Source: Takakia lepidozioides
Taxonomy: Eukaryota; Plantae; Bryophyta
DNA length: 64,000 nucleotides
NCBI GenBank assembly: GCA_030704615.1
Contig: CM060732.1
Coordinates: 9,672,001 to 9,736,000, forward strand
Reading direction: 5' to 3'
The translations under genes and the position numbers were made by a program. Under the pieces are notes generated by a model, which saw only the letters and a program-made list of their open reading frames with translations, ran no database searches and had not been told where the DNA came from. Numbering within the stretch: position 1 is the first letter of the stretch; each line of letters begins with the position of its first letter. This document shows positions 50,301 to 63,350 of this stretch, one piece after another.

Positions 50301-52002
50301 TCACTCTAAGCCAGATTATCCAGGGAAGGAAAAAAGAAGGGAACCCACTTATGTCTTTTTCCTGGATGTCAAAAAGGCTTATGACACAGTGTGGAGGGAT
50401 GGCCTATGGTTCCGCCTCTGGTCCTGTGGGATCAAGGAAAGATGTGGAGAGTTGTCCACAACTTGTATGCTCACACCACCAAAAGCTGTGTCACTGTTAA
50501 TGGACAGAAGTCCAACTTCTTTGACATAGACCAAGGTGTAGCTCAAGGATGTACTCTCTCCCCTCTGCTCTTCAATGTTTTCATCAATCAACTCCTCGAG
50601 GATGTGGAAAGTGAGGGATTTGGGTTAAGGGTGGGTGATACCACCATACCAGCCCTTATGTTTGCGGATGACTTCGCAGGCATAGGGGAGACTCCAACCA
50701 ATCTCCAGGAGTTGATTGATTGCGCGAAGAGATACTTTGATCTTTGGGGGCTAGAGGCTAATGTCAGCAAATGTGCAGTGGTAGCATTCAACGACAGAGG
50801 AGAGGGAGGAAGTGATCTTAAGTGGCAGTTGGGTAGCCAAGAGATCCCGGTCCTCCCTTCCTACACTTACCTGGGCGTTGAGTTCTCCTCCAATTGTAAT
50901 TGGGATGCACATATCCGGAAAGTTGTTCAAACTGGCAAGGCAAAGCTCTGGGGCTCACTAAATTTTTCCACTGCAGAGGGGTCAACTCTGAGGTTAAGAA
51001 AACCATGCTTTGTCACGTTATTAGACCTGCCTTGGAGTACGGATCTGCTATATGGGTTGATAACTCCAACCAGGCTAAGTCTCTAGAATCCATTCAAGTG
51101 GGGGTGCTTAAGGAGTGTATGTCAGCATGCTCCAAAACAACCAATGTGGCTGTTCGGGGTGAGTTTGGCATTCCGTCCTTAAGCTCCCGACGAGATGAAT
51201 TCAAGGTCAGATGGTGGGGTCAGCTGCAACATATGCCCAACACCAGATATCCTAAATTAATCGACTCTATATCTTGGAAACAGGACCGCCCTGTCGAACA
51301 GGCTAAGTCCTGGCAGAAGAGAGTAGAAGAGATCCTCAAGGACCTGGACCTGGATCCGCAAATCTTGACCCTGCTGGATAAATCTGACTTAGAGGCTGTA
51401 GTGTCCTCAGCCATGTCTGTTGCCATGAGATTGTCTGATGAAAATGAAGTTAGGCAGAAAACTTCCCTGAACTTGTTTCCAGTCTGTGACATGGGGAGGA
51501 CATCTTGGATGACCTCAAGGGTCTACCCACTCTCGGCACTAGACTGAAATTTAAACTCAGGGCAGGAAGCCTACCTTTGAACAGCAAACAGAAGCAGAGA
51601 GGAAAGGGAGAGTGCAATTGCCCGTTGTGTGGGCAATCTGAAGACAATATTCATTTTCTGATACACTGTCCGGGGTTCTCTCACCAAAGAGACGCTCTCT
51701 TCAAATCTATTAAGGGAATTGTGCCTGTACCCCTGTTTACCAACTTCGAAAGTCTCGAGGCTGAGCCAAAAGCCCAGGCCCTCCTGAGGCCTAGTTTTTG
51801 GGCAAATCACACACAGCAGATTGATGCTTGTGTGAAGGGATTTCTAGAGGATATCTGGAAAACCCGGATTAATTCTTTATATGGAGGTAAGTCTTACTAC
51901 CAACGTCAGCCCCTGACAGAGGTAGGTTCTGTCCCTTTTGTTCCCGCTCAAACTGGGCGCGGGGTCAATGGCCACAAGGCTACGGCAAACAACGTCTTAT
52001 GA
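47400..52002 (+). mobile_element. Near full-length frameshifted non-LTR retrotransposon (APE-RT-C-terminal zinc finger), RTE/RTEX-like
   Basis: Endonuclease: LRLATFNF, GQEPW, GVGFFV, GDFNARVG, SDHFLVW. RT: KAGGPDGIVNELIK, NYRGITLL, QAGFRRNRGCVDHIFTL, FLDVKKAYDTV, GVAQGCTLSPLLFNVFI, LMFADD, YTYLGV. C-terminal CPLC..EDNIHFLIHC. The 5' boundary is approximate and the clade assignment is tentative. Confidence 0.88.
47895..48312 (+). repeat. ~145-bp tandem repeat (3 copies) just upstream of the LINE endonuclease
   Basis: ctgaa(g/a)gatttggtac..tggtttaccaat starts at 47933, 48081 and 48224. Confidence 0.88.
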
Positions 52003-52494
52003 GTACAATCTTTATTCATGATTTCTTGTTGAAAGTACTGCACACACAGTCATGGAGCCTTCATAAGGAGCTCCTTGCAACACTTGTTCTTTCGAGTTTA
52101 CTGTCGTGAAGGTCACGCAAGCTTTGGGAATATGTCGTGCATCTATTGAAGATAAGTCTTCATGATTCATGGCTTCACACTACAGAGGAGGTTGCTATAG
52201 AGCGATGTGGGAGGAGATGGAGCCATAATAAAGAGGCGGAGAGAGCCGTCGAGAGGCTTCAATGGGTTGTCCACCAAAGAAGATTTGACTACCATGGCCC
52301 CACATTTGTTATGCTTTGTCCGCTGAGGTGGCAAATATAGAGCGATGACAGGGCATGTTGGGGCGCTGGACAAAGCCATGTATGAAAGGGTGTAGTGGAG
52401 AAGACCCGATTTTCAACCAATCAGAGAGCTTAGTCATTTGTCCCGTCGCTAGTCTGGAACCGCCCTAATACTTAAGGTTTGTACTAGTTTATGT

Positions 52495-55400
52495 TCAATC
52501 TGAAGGTCTGTACTTGGAAGGGGGTGTCTTGAGTTGAGCATTCCCAGTGCCTGTCCCTATGTGAACTGATGTGCTTCCACTCATGTCTCGACGAGACAGA
52601 GAACCACCGCGTGAGGTTGGAAAACCCTTCTGTTGCAAGTTTCCCTTAGGCCTCACGAATCGCCTCATCGATCGTGGTAGCACTGGGCCTAACTTCTCTG
52701 ACGTCAACAGCACAATGATTCCCAATATAATCAGAACCCTGCAAAATTGAAAAAATAATATCATCAAAATTATTATCACACTTCTTTCCACTGTCAATCA
52801 TACTTGCTACTCAATGAATCTTTAGTAGGAGAATGCTTCTTTCAGAGGCTGCAGGCCTGTAACTGAGCTTGATTCAAGAATACCCAAGCAACCATTAGAA
52901 ATATCTCCAGGAATTGGTCAAAACCCCACTCGATGTCTAGTCTCTACTTTCAATAATAGAACCAGGAAGAGTCACCATGCCGCAGATAGATCTAAGGCAT
53001 ATGTTTTATCTCAGATATGAGATGTCCACTCATCCCCACGAAAGAACTGAACAAAGTTGCACCATTAAGGGAGGCGGAACTAGGTAGGATCGGGAGAGAG
53101 AACCACTGATCAAAATTGTTAGCTTATCAAAACTGAGAGAGCACCAAAAATTGGAAAAACGGAAAACTAAGGCCCAGATGGTTGGCTGGGGTGTCCCTCA
53201 CCAGGCCAGCAAGTGTAGACAGCGTGCAATGGAAGAGGCAGGAAGTGATTCCCCCAAAGCAAACAAGCCTACCAACACGCCAATCACAATAGAAGCTACA
53301 GCTGCACATGTGGAGACAACTACAGCCCTTCCATCCTTCAGCCCCCTTGTCTGCCACATACCGCATACATCATCCAAACGGTCAGTCTAATATGTGTCTG
53401 CTTGCATATCGCATGACAAACTCTGCTAATTATATTCATAAACAGCAAGACACAGAAAATCATACATGATGGAGAATGATGGAGTATGATGAATATAGTT
53501 GCTGATGTATACTCTTATGAATGTAGGATGAAACAAGACAGGTGGGGTGAGTCTGTGTTTGCAAGAGAGGGGAAGAGAGAGACAAAGAGCAAATTGTAGT
53601 ACCACCAACTGATCCCACATGAAACCTGCAAAACTACAGGCACTAAGAGTATACTCAGAGACAGACATGGTTACCTGACAAAAGAACCCACCCGTACTGC
53701 AGCATATGCCGACAGCAATGGCAGCTGGTACAAACCAGCTAGACATGCCACGTTCCACCAATATGAAACCCATTCTGCACACTGCTGCAGACAGCCTACA
53801 CTCTCCACTCCCACCCCAGCACACATATACGCCCCCAATTAACGATTCCAATTGTCTTAAGCTCAGAGGACTTTCTATCAATGCACAGCCACATCAGAGA
53901 ATCACTTGAGGTTGCTCAAAGGTTCCTGCCAGAAATACCATGAACTTGTCCTACGAGGCTTAGGGCCCAACACGAGTCCTGGGTGCCCTTCCTCTCCCAA
54001 GGTGTAGTAAATTTGAAGGTATTGTATGGAGTGTTGATAGCATTTCTCATATTTTGGAAAGGAATTTTCAAATTGCTCCCAACTAGACACGGCGAATGAC
54101 AATTACTGCAGTAGCCTCCATCCCATCAGTGGGCAGCTGCATAAATGTTTTGCAAAACATTGATTTTAAGCAAAAGTCTCTATCATTTGTGAGAAGTTGC
54201 TATATGACTTTCTGCGAGCGTGTTCTCTTATCTGTATGTGTGCTTTGTGACAGAGCATTGTGTCTGTCTCTGACTGTCTTTATCCCTGGCCTAAGCACAC
54301 TCAGTAGGGGAATGCTTCCGGAGAGGCTAACCCAAAGCAAGCACCCGCCTCCATGCCTGCCGCAATCTCCTCCATCACATCTGCTTCTCTCTATGCACAC
54401 ATACACAGATTTTTGAATGAAGGCAGGTGAAAATCACCAAGAGAACAACCAGATGAAGACATATAAACATAAACAGACAACTGCAATCCAGAAAGCATTT
54501 GGTACTGGTCCAAAAACAAGGACATAAATTACTCAAAGAGCCATTGCATGCTAGAATGCATCAAACCACCCATTGCTGAATGGGACCATGTGAGGGCTGA
54601 TGCAATAAAGATGACTCTCAAGATGTACTCTCTCAAGACAACTAGGGTTGCAATTTATTACAGAGATGCCCAATGGTGAATCCGCGGGGTCATGCTTCTG
54701 GTAGGGCCGCTTCCTTGAACGTGCCCAACAGTTCAGCATACCCTGCCATCCCAAACCCTCTTTCTCCACCCTTCAATATCCCTCTGTGGGATGTGCACAC
54801 CTGATGCAAAGATATTATCAAATCATAACAGGAAAAACAAGGGTTCATTTGGTGTCCCTCCAAATCCCTTCTTTATCCATCCCTCTATCTCCCAAGTTCA
54901 AATGAAATGGAAGTTGGAAAGGCAGGAGAAACATACAAAGAAAAGAGCAAGCCACACAAAAAACAGAAGTAGTCGCATCAAAGAAATATGGACCTCTTTC
55001 TGCTCCTCTCCCGTCACTCCCACAGCTGTGAGTAACACCCATCCACACCCGATCAAGCTGTTATTGAATGCACATACCAAATTGCACTGTTTCATGGCAG
55101 AGAAACCCTATGCCTACTGGAATACTCTCTCACGGTCAGTCTTTAACCAAAACATCATTGCAGATCATAAATGCTACAACTAGAGAAAAACGTGGATGAA
55201 TTAAACTGTTTACCAATCGTCCCTGTGACTGCCATCACCACACCCACCCAATCGAGTGCATGCATAGCTTCATGCAAATAGAAATGTGAAAATATGGCAA
55301 GCACTGCAAGACCACATCCTGCAACCGGCTGCACAACTGATATCTGTGGCACCATCCACTGCTGGTTAAAGGGGCACAAGGCAAGTTGACCTAGCTTTTT

Positions 55401-56736
55401 ACTACAGACAAGATCAACATAGGGCTATCCATTGGGGTGCTAGTCCTAGTATGATTTCTGCCAAGCATCAGATAAGGCTAGTTGATCTGATCTATGATCC
55501 AACACCTTCTGCCTGTAACTTTCTTTGCACACAATTTCCCCACTGGAAGGATATACACGTTTGTTTGACAGTGACAAACCCATAGAGAACACATAGAACA
55601 GTCATTTCTGTGAAACACTGAAACAAACATGAGGCCTTACAAAAGCAAAAAAAGAACAGAGACAGACAGAGTTCAAGAAACAGAAACTAAGATTGAACCA
55701 ACGAAAATGTGGGAAATGGGAGGAAATAGGTGAGAAACAACGAGAGCCCACTCACTTACAGGAGCCTGGGCAACGGCCTTGATCATGAGCAGTGCCCCTG
55801 CAATGTCCACTGCCACGCCTGTCACCCATGTCCGGCTGGCTCCATACTTCTGTATGACCTACAAAATCCAGAGCATGCTTGCCAAGTCAGCTTCTCTGAA
55901 AATTCTCCGGCTGTCTCTCTTCGATCATTCTATCTGAACCTCTCTTCATCAACAAGAAGCTCGTAAGGAGATGGAGGCTGCGTCTAGAATCTCGTTTGAT
56001 CTACTGTCAAATTAGATCAACCTGATGCCTCAACATAAAATGTACTCTCTTCATAGCCTCGATGAACGAGAGGAACTCGAGAACCATTCAAAGGGCCCTA
56101 CCACACTGGGCAGTAGGCCGAAGTTCCTAGTAAGGTGTAGTGTGCAATGAGTTCATCCAGCTGGAAACAGCGGAACCCGTAAGCCCAACCTGTGGCACGA
56201 CGGTGAGGATATTGCATATGATGATGGATTGTTATGGGTATTGCTCTAGACAAGAGGCTCAAGTCAATGCCAAGGAAGTGATCCTCCTTGCCTTCGGAAA
56301 AATCTCACATGCATCTGATGCTATGATGAAAGTCGGACGACTAAGATTCTCTCTTGGTGTTCTGTATTTGCCTGTCCTGCCTATCCCCGTTTACTACAAC
56401 CATGTCCCCTTTCTATCAATCAAACCTCAAGCTTCAGCCCCACTTTTCCTTCCCGTCCCCCACTTCCCTTCTCTGTCTACAATGTGCCTTCGCCTACGCA
56501 TATTGAAAGAACATGGTTTCCCTCCTACTTCCCAGACCAAGTAAATTCTTGCCCATAAGAAAATGAGGAGCAATCGGAGAAACAAATCTTCCTTTGCCTT
56601 CTCGAGGAATGCGCAATGGTATTACCTTGAGGTTTAAAGACAGTTGTGGCAGGCCCTTGGTGCCCTGTTTCTGCAACACCTTTCCTATGTTGTTGCCCGC
56701 TGCCGCTGCGACCGTCATTGCGACTGCTTCCCACAT
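52495..56736 (-). CDS. NIPA9: NIPA9-like probable magnesium transporter (DMT superfamily), 9 exons
   Basis: Exons 56736-56626, 55858-55760, 55343-55214, 55025-54937, 54742-54662, 54390-54332, 53795-53675, 53350-53202 and 52738-52495 are all GT-AG and in phase. They read [70 protein letters not shown]. Confidence 0.92.
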
Positions 56737-57479
56737 TTCAAGTTTCCTTCAGACCAACGCTGATTTATCACCCAGATTGCGACGATTTTGCCTGATTGAC
56801 GGAACCGACAGACCACATATGGGTATCCACCTGAGCAAACGTACTTCCTAAAGCTCTTCTCCTCATTGGTAGTATGCCGGATTCAGTCCAACGATGATTG
56901 CAGAAAGAGAGTGTCTGCAGCTCCTGCCAGGATTGCACAGACGATTTGGTTTCGTGCACCCAGCTCCTATTTTACAGGATGAACAAGACGCTTCCGTGAG
57001 GACGCTTCATTGTTGATGCCATGCACATACATCACATGTTATATGATCGGAGTGTGGAATATAAAAGAGTTCGATCACTTTGGTGGAGCCCACCTGTGAT
57101 AAATAGACCATTCAAATCTCGTCTAAATGGCCTGTACCACACTAGGGGCACGCAGACGGCCCTAACGTGGACGTTGCGGGCTAGGGATTGTTGGATGATA
57201 TAGGTCCATGTCACCAAGCGGCAATGAACGGGCAATTACGGAATATTCACGAACATACTGTGGTTGAGTCTGCTCACAAATGGATGCATCGGATTGAGTA
57301 GCGGTGGGACCCACAATGGTGGTCTGATTTTTGCACCTGTCACAACAGATTTGAGAGGCAAAAAAAAGGCAAAAGAAGAACTGCCTGTCACAGTGAAAGG
57401 CCAGAAAGAATCTCCCATTTTCAATGATAGGGGGCGCAATGTAGCTCCGCAGTTTGCGGTGAGAGAGAGTGAGAGAGAG

Positions 57480-60077
57480 AGACGTTCAACGGTCTTTGTG
57501 AGCTTCCGTCTTCGCAAGCTTAGGCTCCTCAAGCCTGCAGTTTATCCCCTTAACTATCCATCTTATGTAAAAGCTTTCCCTCTAAATCGTTCACAAAGCT
57601 TGGTGGTCTTCATCGCCGACCTCCAGGCTCGCTAAAAGGACACCCGAACCTTCATCTCCTTCGCTATTCCCATACCTGGAAGTCCATTCATAACTCTGTC
57701 CTATGGATAACGAAATCTAGTAACTTCATAGTCCGAACCCATTGAGCACCCTTGCCACTACACTGGATCCCAGCTTGATGAAAGCCGGCCTTCATCCCCT
57801 CCCGACCACCTCTGAAATCATGGAATCATGATCCCACAGTTTCATTAACTCCAGCCGCCAAGCTCCTGTCCTCCCCATTCATTGCTGGAGTTCTCCCCTA
57901 CTTGGAAGTCCTCGACAGCTACCAAGCTCTCAGTCGACTCCCGCGCTCCTTCTTGCTCTCCTTCTCTCCAGCTCCCCATCCTTGCTCTTGCTCTATATTA
58001 TTTTTGCTTTTGCTCTTGCTCTTGTACCCACCTCAGTTACTCTTGAGCAGCCCTCTCTTCGTCCTCCCTGCTAGTTCTAGTCCTTCGCAATTCTTATTAG
58101 CTCCCATCCTTACTTCTTCTCCATAGTCTAGTCCTCCCCTTCTCTCCGCTTCATTCTCCCTTCCTTCGGTGCCTCCTGTATCCCCTGCAAGGAAGTAGAG
58201 CCACCTCACTCTGCTCCTATCTCTTCAATCTTTCCTAATTTGCCTCCACTCAATCTATGGGTCCCTACGGTAGCAGATCCCTCCGCGGGTCATCCTCCAA
58301 CAGGAGTCGACACCCCCAAAGTAGGCTCCCTGCAATTCTCCGTATCCAGCCTTCTTCGGGCACTGGGTTCTTCCTCGCGCACCGGTCCCTTACACGTTAT
58401 CCAGCTTCGGCATTCCGCCCTCTCTAGACAGCCAATGCCCCACAAGCTCGCAACATGCTTGGCAATGCAGATAACGGACCCCTGCTCAATTCGCAGATGG
58501 ACATCTCTGATGACCCAAACGCGGAACAGCACGAGGAAATCTCACCTCTTCAGCTCGCCATGAGCAAAGTGCAACCAGACGTTGAAGTGGACGTAGACCA
58601 GCTTGACACCTGTGTGACTCACGTTAGGAAAAGAGGGGTCCTTTTGCACTTCCCGGACAGAAAGGTGGAGAGAGAATATGTCAGAGACCGGGCTATCAGA
58701 CATATGGGAGGAACATGGGATCTTAGCCAGCAATTCTGCCATACTAGAGGGAAAGGATTTTTCTCCATCCTGCTAGAATCGGAGGAAGCGGCAGTCAAGG
58801 CCCTCTCCTTCAATCCGCATCTGCAAGGATTCAACATCAATATTTTTCCATGGTCGCCTGCAATGGGTAACCGTACTGGGAAGGTACGGGCTCCCAGAAT
58901 CATAGTGCTACCCTATATCCCTGATCACTACCTATTCTTCCTACTAGACATTGGAAATCACTTGGGAGTGTATTTGGGTTGCCTCTTGGTTTTTGACCCT
59001 GAGATGTGCATGAAAGCTCTCAAGGAAGACCCCAAATGGAAACAAACAACTATCGTTTCTAGAATCATCTGGATTTGCCAAAATGGTTGTTACAATGTTA
59101 GTGGATGCTATACTACCAAACTTCGTTCGCTTGCCAATCGACAGAGAAGACAATTATTTTTCCGTTAAAGTCACAAATGATACTTCTGCGACGACATGTT
59201 ACATTTGTGGGCAAGTTGGCCACTTAAGAATCGATTGCCCCAAATCAAAACGAAAGAGAGCATCACTGGCCCCGAAGGCACAAGGCCTGCTATCAGATGC
59301 TACAACACACCAAGGACATCATACCCTCACATGTCACCATCACTCTGCAGATCCTACTACTTTGCTGGCTTCATTCAATCTGATCAACCACCCCCTACTA
59401 TGTGTTGGGACTCTAGTTTGCAACGATCTTCCTCCCCTGTTCACAAAAGAAGGAAAAACTATATGGATCCCATGCTATTCGAAGCAGCTCCTCCGGAAAG
59501 CCACTCAATTTTCAACCACACTTCACAAGCTCTCCAAGGAACAAACCCTTCTATCATGAAGCAGCAGCATGCTACCTCTTTCCAAGGAGCTGGTCCATCT
59601 GGAGTGCCGCAACATTTGGCCACATTCTGCCAGGGAGCCGGTTCCTCAAGCAGGGCACCCCAGCACCCCTTGCCCCACCTGCCACCCCTGTCCACTTGAA
59701 AAGGCCAGAGTCACAATTGCACTTGACCCCACAGTTGCAAGGATTTGCTCTCAGCTCCAAACCTTCTCACTCGCGACTAGCCCTTGGGGAATGCTCACAG
59801 TTGCAACCTGGAGCAGACCCCAAAGCCACTTGCATGACACCACTCATCTTCAAGAGAACACCGACCTCATCTATCCTGGCGACAACAAAAGATGGGGTCG
59901 GAATGGAGTCATTATGGGTTACCACAATCGACGTTCACAACTTCATGGAAGGTTTTCCCACGGATGGCTGCCCTGTCGATACACTCACCAACAAAATCAA
60001 AAGCTTTCTCGAGTCCTTCAACGATAAATACATGATTCAGCCTCATTTTGCAGTATCGTGGGGTTCATACATCAAGT
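57480..60077 (+). mobile_element. L1/Tx1-like LINE, copy B: 5' region and ORF1, interrupted by a hAT insertion
   Basis: ORF 58455-59168 is homologous to 34608-35372 (GVLLHFP.RKV.R.YVRD.AIR..GG..GFFS..KAL.FNPH..GFN.NIFPWS). CCHC knuckle CYICGQVGHLRIDC. The 5' boundary is approximate. Confidence 0.85.
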
Positions 60078-62900
60078 CAGGGTTGCACACGTCAGTGACG
60101 TCACGTCGTCACGTCGGACCTGACGCTGACGCGACCAACGTCACGTCTGTTTTGCCGAAAAATCAGTCAAACATGAATTAGGTGAAAAATATGTCACGTA
60201 GGTGGGACACGTTGTATTCCAAGCGACACCTTGGCAAGTGAATGAATTGTTTTATAAATTACTCCATCCGCCAGTATTTGAGGTCATTTTTAAATAATTA
60301 TTGTTAAATTGGTGCGACCTCCAAATGTGGTGGTCGTAGAATTTATCTTATTTTTTAATAGTTGCGACCACCAGCAGAGGGGTGGTCATTTGTTTTTTAA
60401 AAATAGATGCGACCACCAGCAGGGGTGGTCGCATTTTTTTCTTTTCTTAAACAGTTGCGACCACCGCTACTGGTGGTCGTTCAATTTTTATTTTATTTGT
60501 AATAGGTGCGACCACCATCAGGGGGGTGGTCGCAATATTTTTTTTGTTTTTAATATCTGCGACCACTAGCATGGGGTGGTCGCAACATTTTTTTGTTTTT
60601 TTAATAGGTGCGACCACCAGCAGGGGGTGGTCGCAGCATTTTTCTGTTTTTTAATATCTGCGACCACGAGCATGGGGGTGGTCGCAACATTTTTCTATTT
60701 TTTAATAGGTGCGACCACCAGCAGGGGGGTGGTCGCAACATTTTTCTATTTTTTAATATCTGCGACCACCAGCATGGTGGTGGTCGCAGCAGTTTTTTTT
60801 TTTTTTTAATAGGTGCGACCATCAGCATGGGGTGGTCGCAATATTTGTTAATTAATTTAAATAACATGCGACTTCCTCGTGCGACCTGGAGCGGTCGCAA
60901 CATTGGATTCTGATTCGTCGAGCATGTGAGGCTTGGAGGCTGGAGGGTATATAAGGTGGTCACAATGCCCCTCACTTCTTTTGTGGCAAACACTTTTGTG
61001 GCGAGTGGATGTTCTCTATTCCTTGAGCAAGAGTGTAGCCCAAGAGGAGGGTGCGGACCGTTTGCTGTTGTGGCTTCCACCAGAGCCACTGCAGCAAATT
61101 GTCGAAAAGCACAATACTACATGGTGCATTGATCCACTTGGATTGATGCCGTAGTGTTGAGCCATCGCATTCTGTTCTATCTTCTATTGCTCTTGACAAA
61201 TCTACCAAGTACACTAGTGTTCTTCGTTCAACCTTAAGTCTGTGGTTAAGGTTTTGGGTGTGAGGATGAGGGATGAGTGGATCCCTTGGTTCACCATAGA
61301 CCCGCACAAAAAAGATGGTGTTCAATGCAATCTCTGTGCATTGAAGCTGACGGGTCACAAAGATCGCATGTTATATCATCTCGGCTACAGAGATGGGAAG
61401 AATGCAGGGGTTAGTTTGTGCCCAAAAGCCTCCATGCGAGTGAAAGCCCACTTTGCCCAATGTGGAGGCAATATTCCACCGTCTTTTGATGTGGCCACGG
61501 CTTCTGAGCTAAACACTCCATGTTCGAATCAAAATGCCCATCAGAGTTGTACCCAGGGGGATTCTTGCGAGGCGTCTGCTATTCGTGGAGAAACCGGTGG
61601 GTCAGGAGCAACACCCGATTGTACGCCAACACTTATACGGACCAGACCATTGAGGCAACAATCAATGCAAGAAGGCTTAAATTTGTTCACAGGAGGACTC
61701 TGGATAAGAAGTGGGCCCAATTTTTCTACGAGGCCAATATTCCGTCCAATGTCTCGAGGCTTCCTGCATTTGTGGCTGTTGTCAAAGCCACGTACAGTTC
61801 CAAGTCCACATACACACCTTCGAGTTATCGCGATCTCCGCTCATGATTGCTAGAAGAGGCTATGTCTGACCTCACCCAAAAGGTGAATGAAAAGACAGGT
61901 GATTCTCTCCGGAAATATAGAAGCACTATATGTGCGGACGGTTGGAGTACTAAACGACCACTGTTGAATGTCATGCTGGTCTGTCTTGCGGGGGAACAAT
62001 TTTTGGGATCCGTTGACACAAGCGGGGAGAGAAAATATGCACGTTATCAAGCAGGATTGTTGATGAGTTTCATCGATACAATTGGAGTTGATAAAATTGT
62101 CCAACCCACGGACAATACATCTAATATGGTTAATATGACCGATATTTTGAAGGTACGATATCCCCATCTATATTACCAAGGGTGTGCTGCTCATATCTTT
62201 GATATCCTTTTGGAGGATTGGGGAAAAGAATCATGGGTGAAACAGCTAGTAAAAAAGGCAAAGTCGGTTGTGATGTTCATCCGTACACATCACATCCCTC
62301 TGACATTGTTTAAAAAGCATGAACCCAAATACAGCCTTAGCAACCTGGGTGAAACCCGCTTTGCCACAAACTTTTTTATGGTGGATCGACTGGTGACTGT
62401 GAGGGTGGGTCTGGAGCAGGTGATCATCGACCCTCAATGGGATGCGTATGTGGGCACCTTACGCGACTCTCGTAAGTCCAAGTCTTTGAGCAAAAGTCGG
62501 AGGATCCGCGCAATCATTCGCTCCGACAATTTCTGGGCGAAATGTACAAATTTTGTGTACATGGTGGAGCCGGTGTTTATTGCTTTACATGAGTTTGATG
62601 GAAAACAACCAATAATGGGTAAAACATGATTGATATTGGAAAACCTTCATAAGCACGTGCAATCCTTGAGGCGTCCTCCATTCTCTATGGACGATGATTT
62701 GGCGGCAAGGACCGAGGATGCATTTTACGACCGCAAACAGATGGTTCGCACGGACTTGCATTATGCGGGGGTCTTGCTGAATCCATTCTTGCTGGACAAT
62801 ACGGATTTGAGAGACGATGTGGATGCCAAAGTCGGGCTTGTACGGGTCATCATGCAACTCGTGCCCTTGAACATGGCAGAACGAGCTTTGTCCGAGTACT
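60078..62900 (+). mobile_element. hAT DNA transposon (left end plus decayed BED-finger/DUF659-type transposase), 3'-truncated
   Basis: Terminus CAGGGTTGCACACG at 60078. BED finger W..VQCNLC..RMLYHL..C. Transposase motifs TICADGWS, FLGSVDTSG, TDNTSNM, GCAAHIFDILLED, ETRFATNF. Confidence 0.9.
60313..60900. repeat. Array of ~11-12 palindromic units (TGCGACCACC-N6-8-GGTGGTCGCA) with T-rich linkers, ~50-bp period
   Basis: Units start near 60313, 60363, 60408, 60456, 60507, 60558, 60609, 60659, 60710, 60761 and 60814, with a degenerate unit at ~60867. Confidence 0.93.
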
Positions 62901-63350
62901 GGTTAGTGCTTCTCGGATTGCCAGAATCATTTCCATGACATGCCGGATCCAAATGCTAAACGACGTAGTTTGAGGGAAACTGCCAAATCTAACATTGTGT
63001 TTGCTCAAGCTGCTCAGGCAAAGAATTACAACCGCCGTGTTGTATATTCTGAGTCATTCAAGGTAGGTCAGTCTGTTTGTGTGAGACTCCAGCCTGGTAA
63101 GCAGATTTCCAAGGCTAAACGGCGCATTGATGGCCCTTACCTTATCTCTGATATTCTTCCTGGCAGGCAGTATGTCTTGCTCCCACAACATGCCTCTACT
63201 CCTCACTTAGCTAGCTCCATTCATGTTTCATTACTTGTTCCATGCACTCTTACTTTTGATCTAACCTGTTTGAATGTTGAGAACCGTCAGGTGATCTTCA
63301 CCCCGACAGCTCAGACAGTTCGCAATCTGACAACCTCTTCTTTAGAGTAG
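62900..63350 (+). mobile_element. Gypsy integrase C-terminal (GPY/F, SH3-like) fragment
   Basis: RETAKSNI..AQ..QAKNYNRR..FKVGQSVCV..IDGPYLI..Y.L..IHVSLLVP. An LTR-like non-coding sequence probably follows to the window end. Confidence 0.7.

Noticed and set aside
60313-60900. CRISPR array
   Set aside because: The linkers are near-identical T-rich sequences rather than unique spacers, there are no cas genes, and the context is a eukaryotic hAT element.
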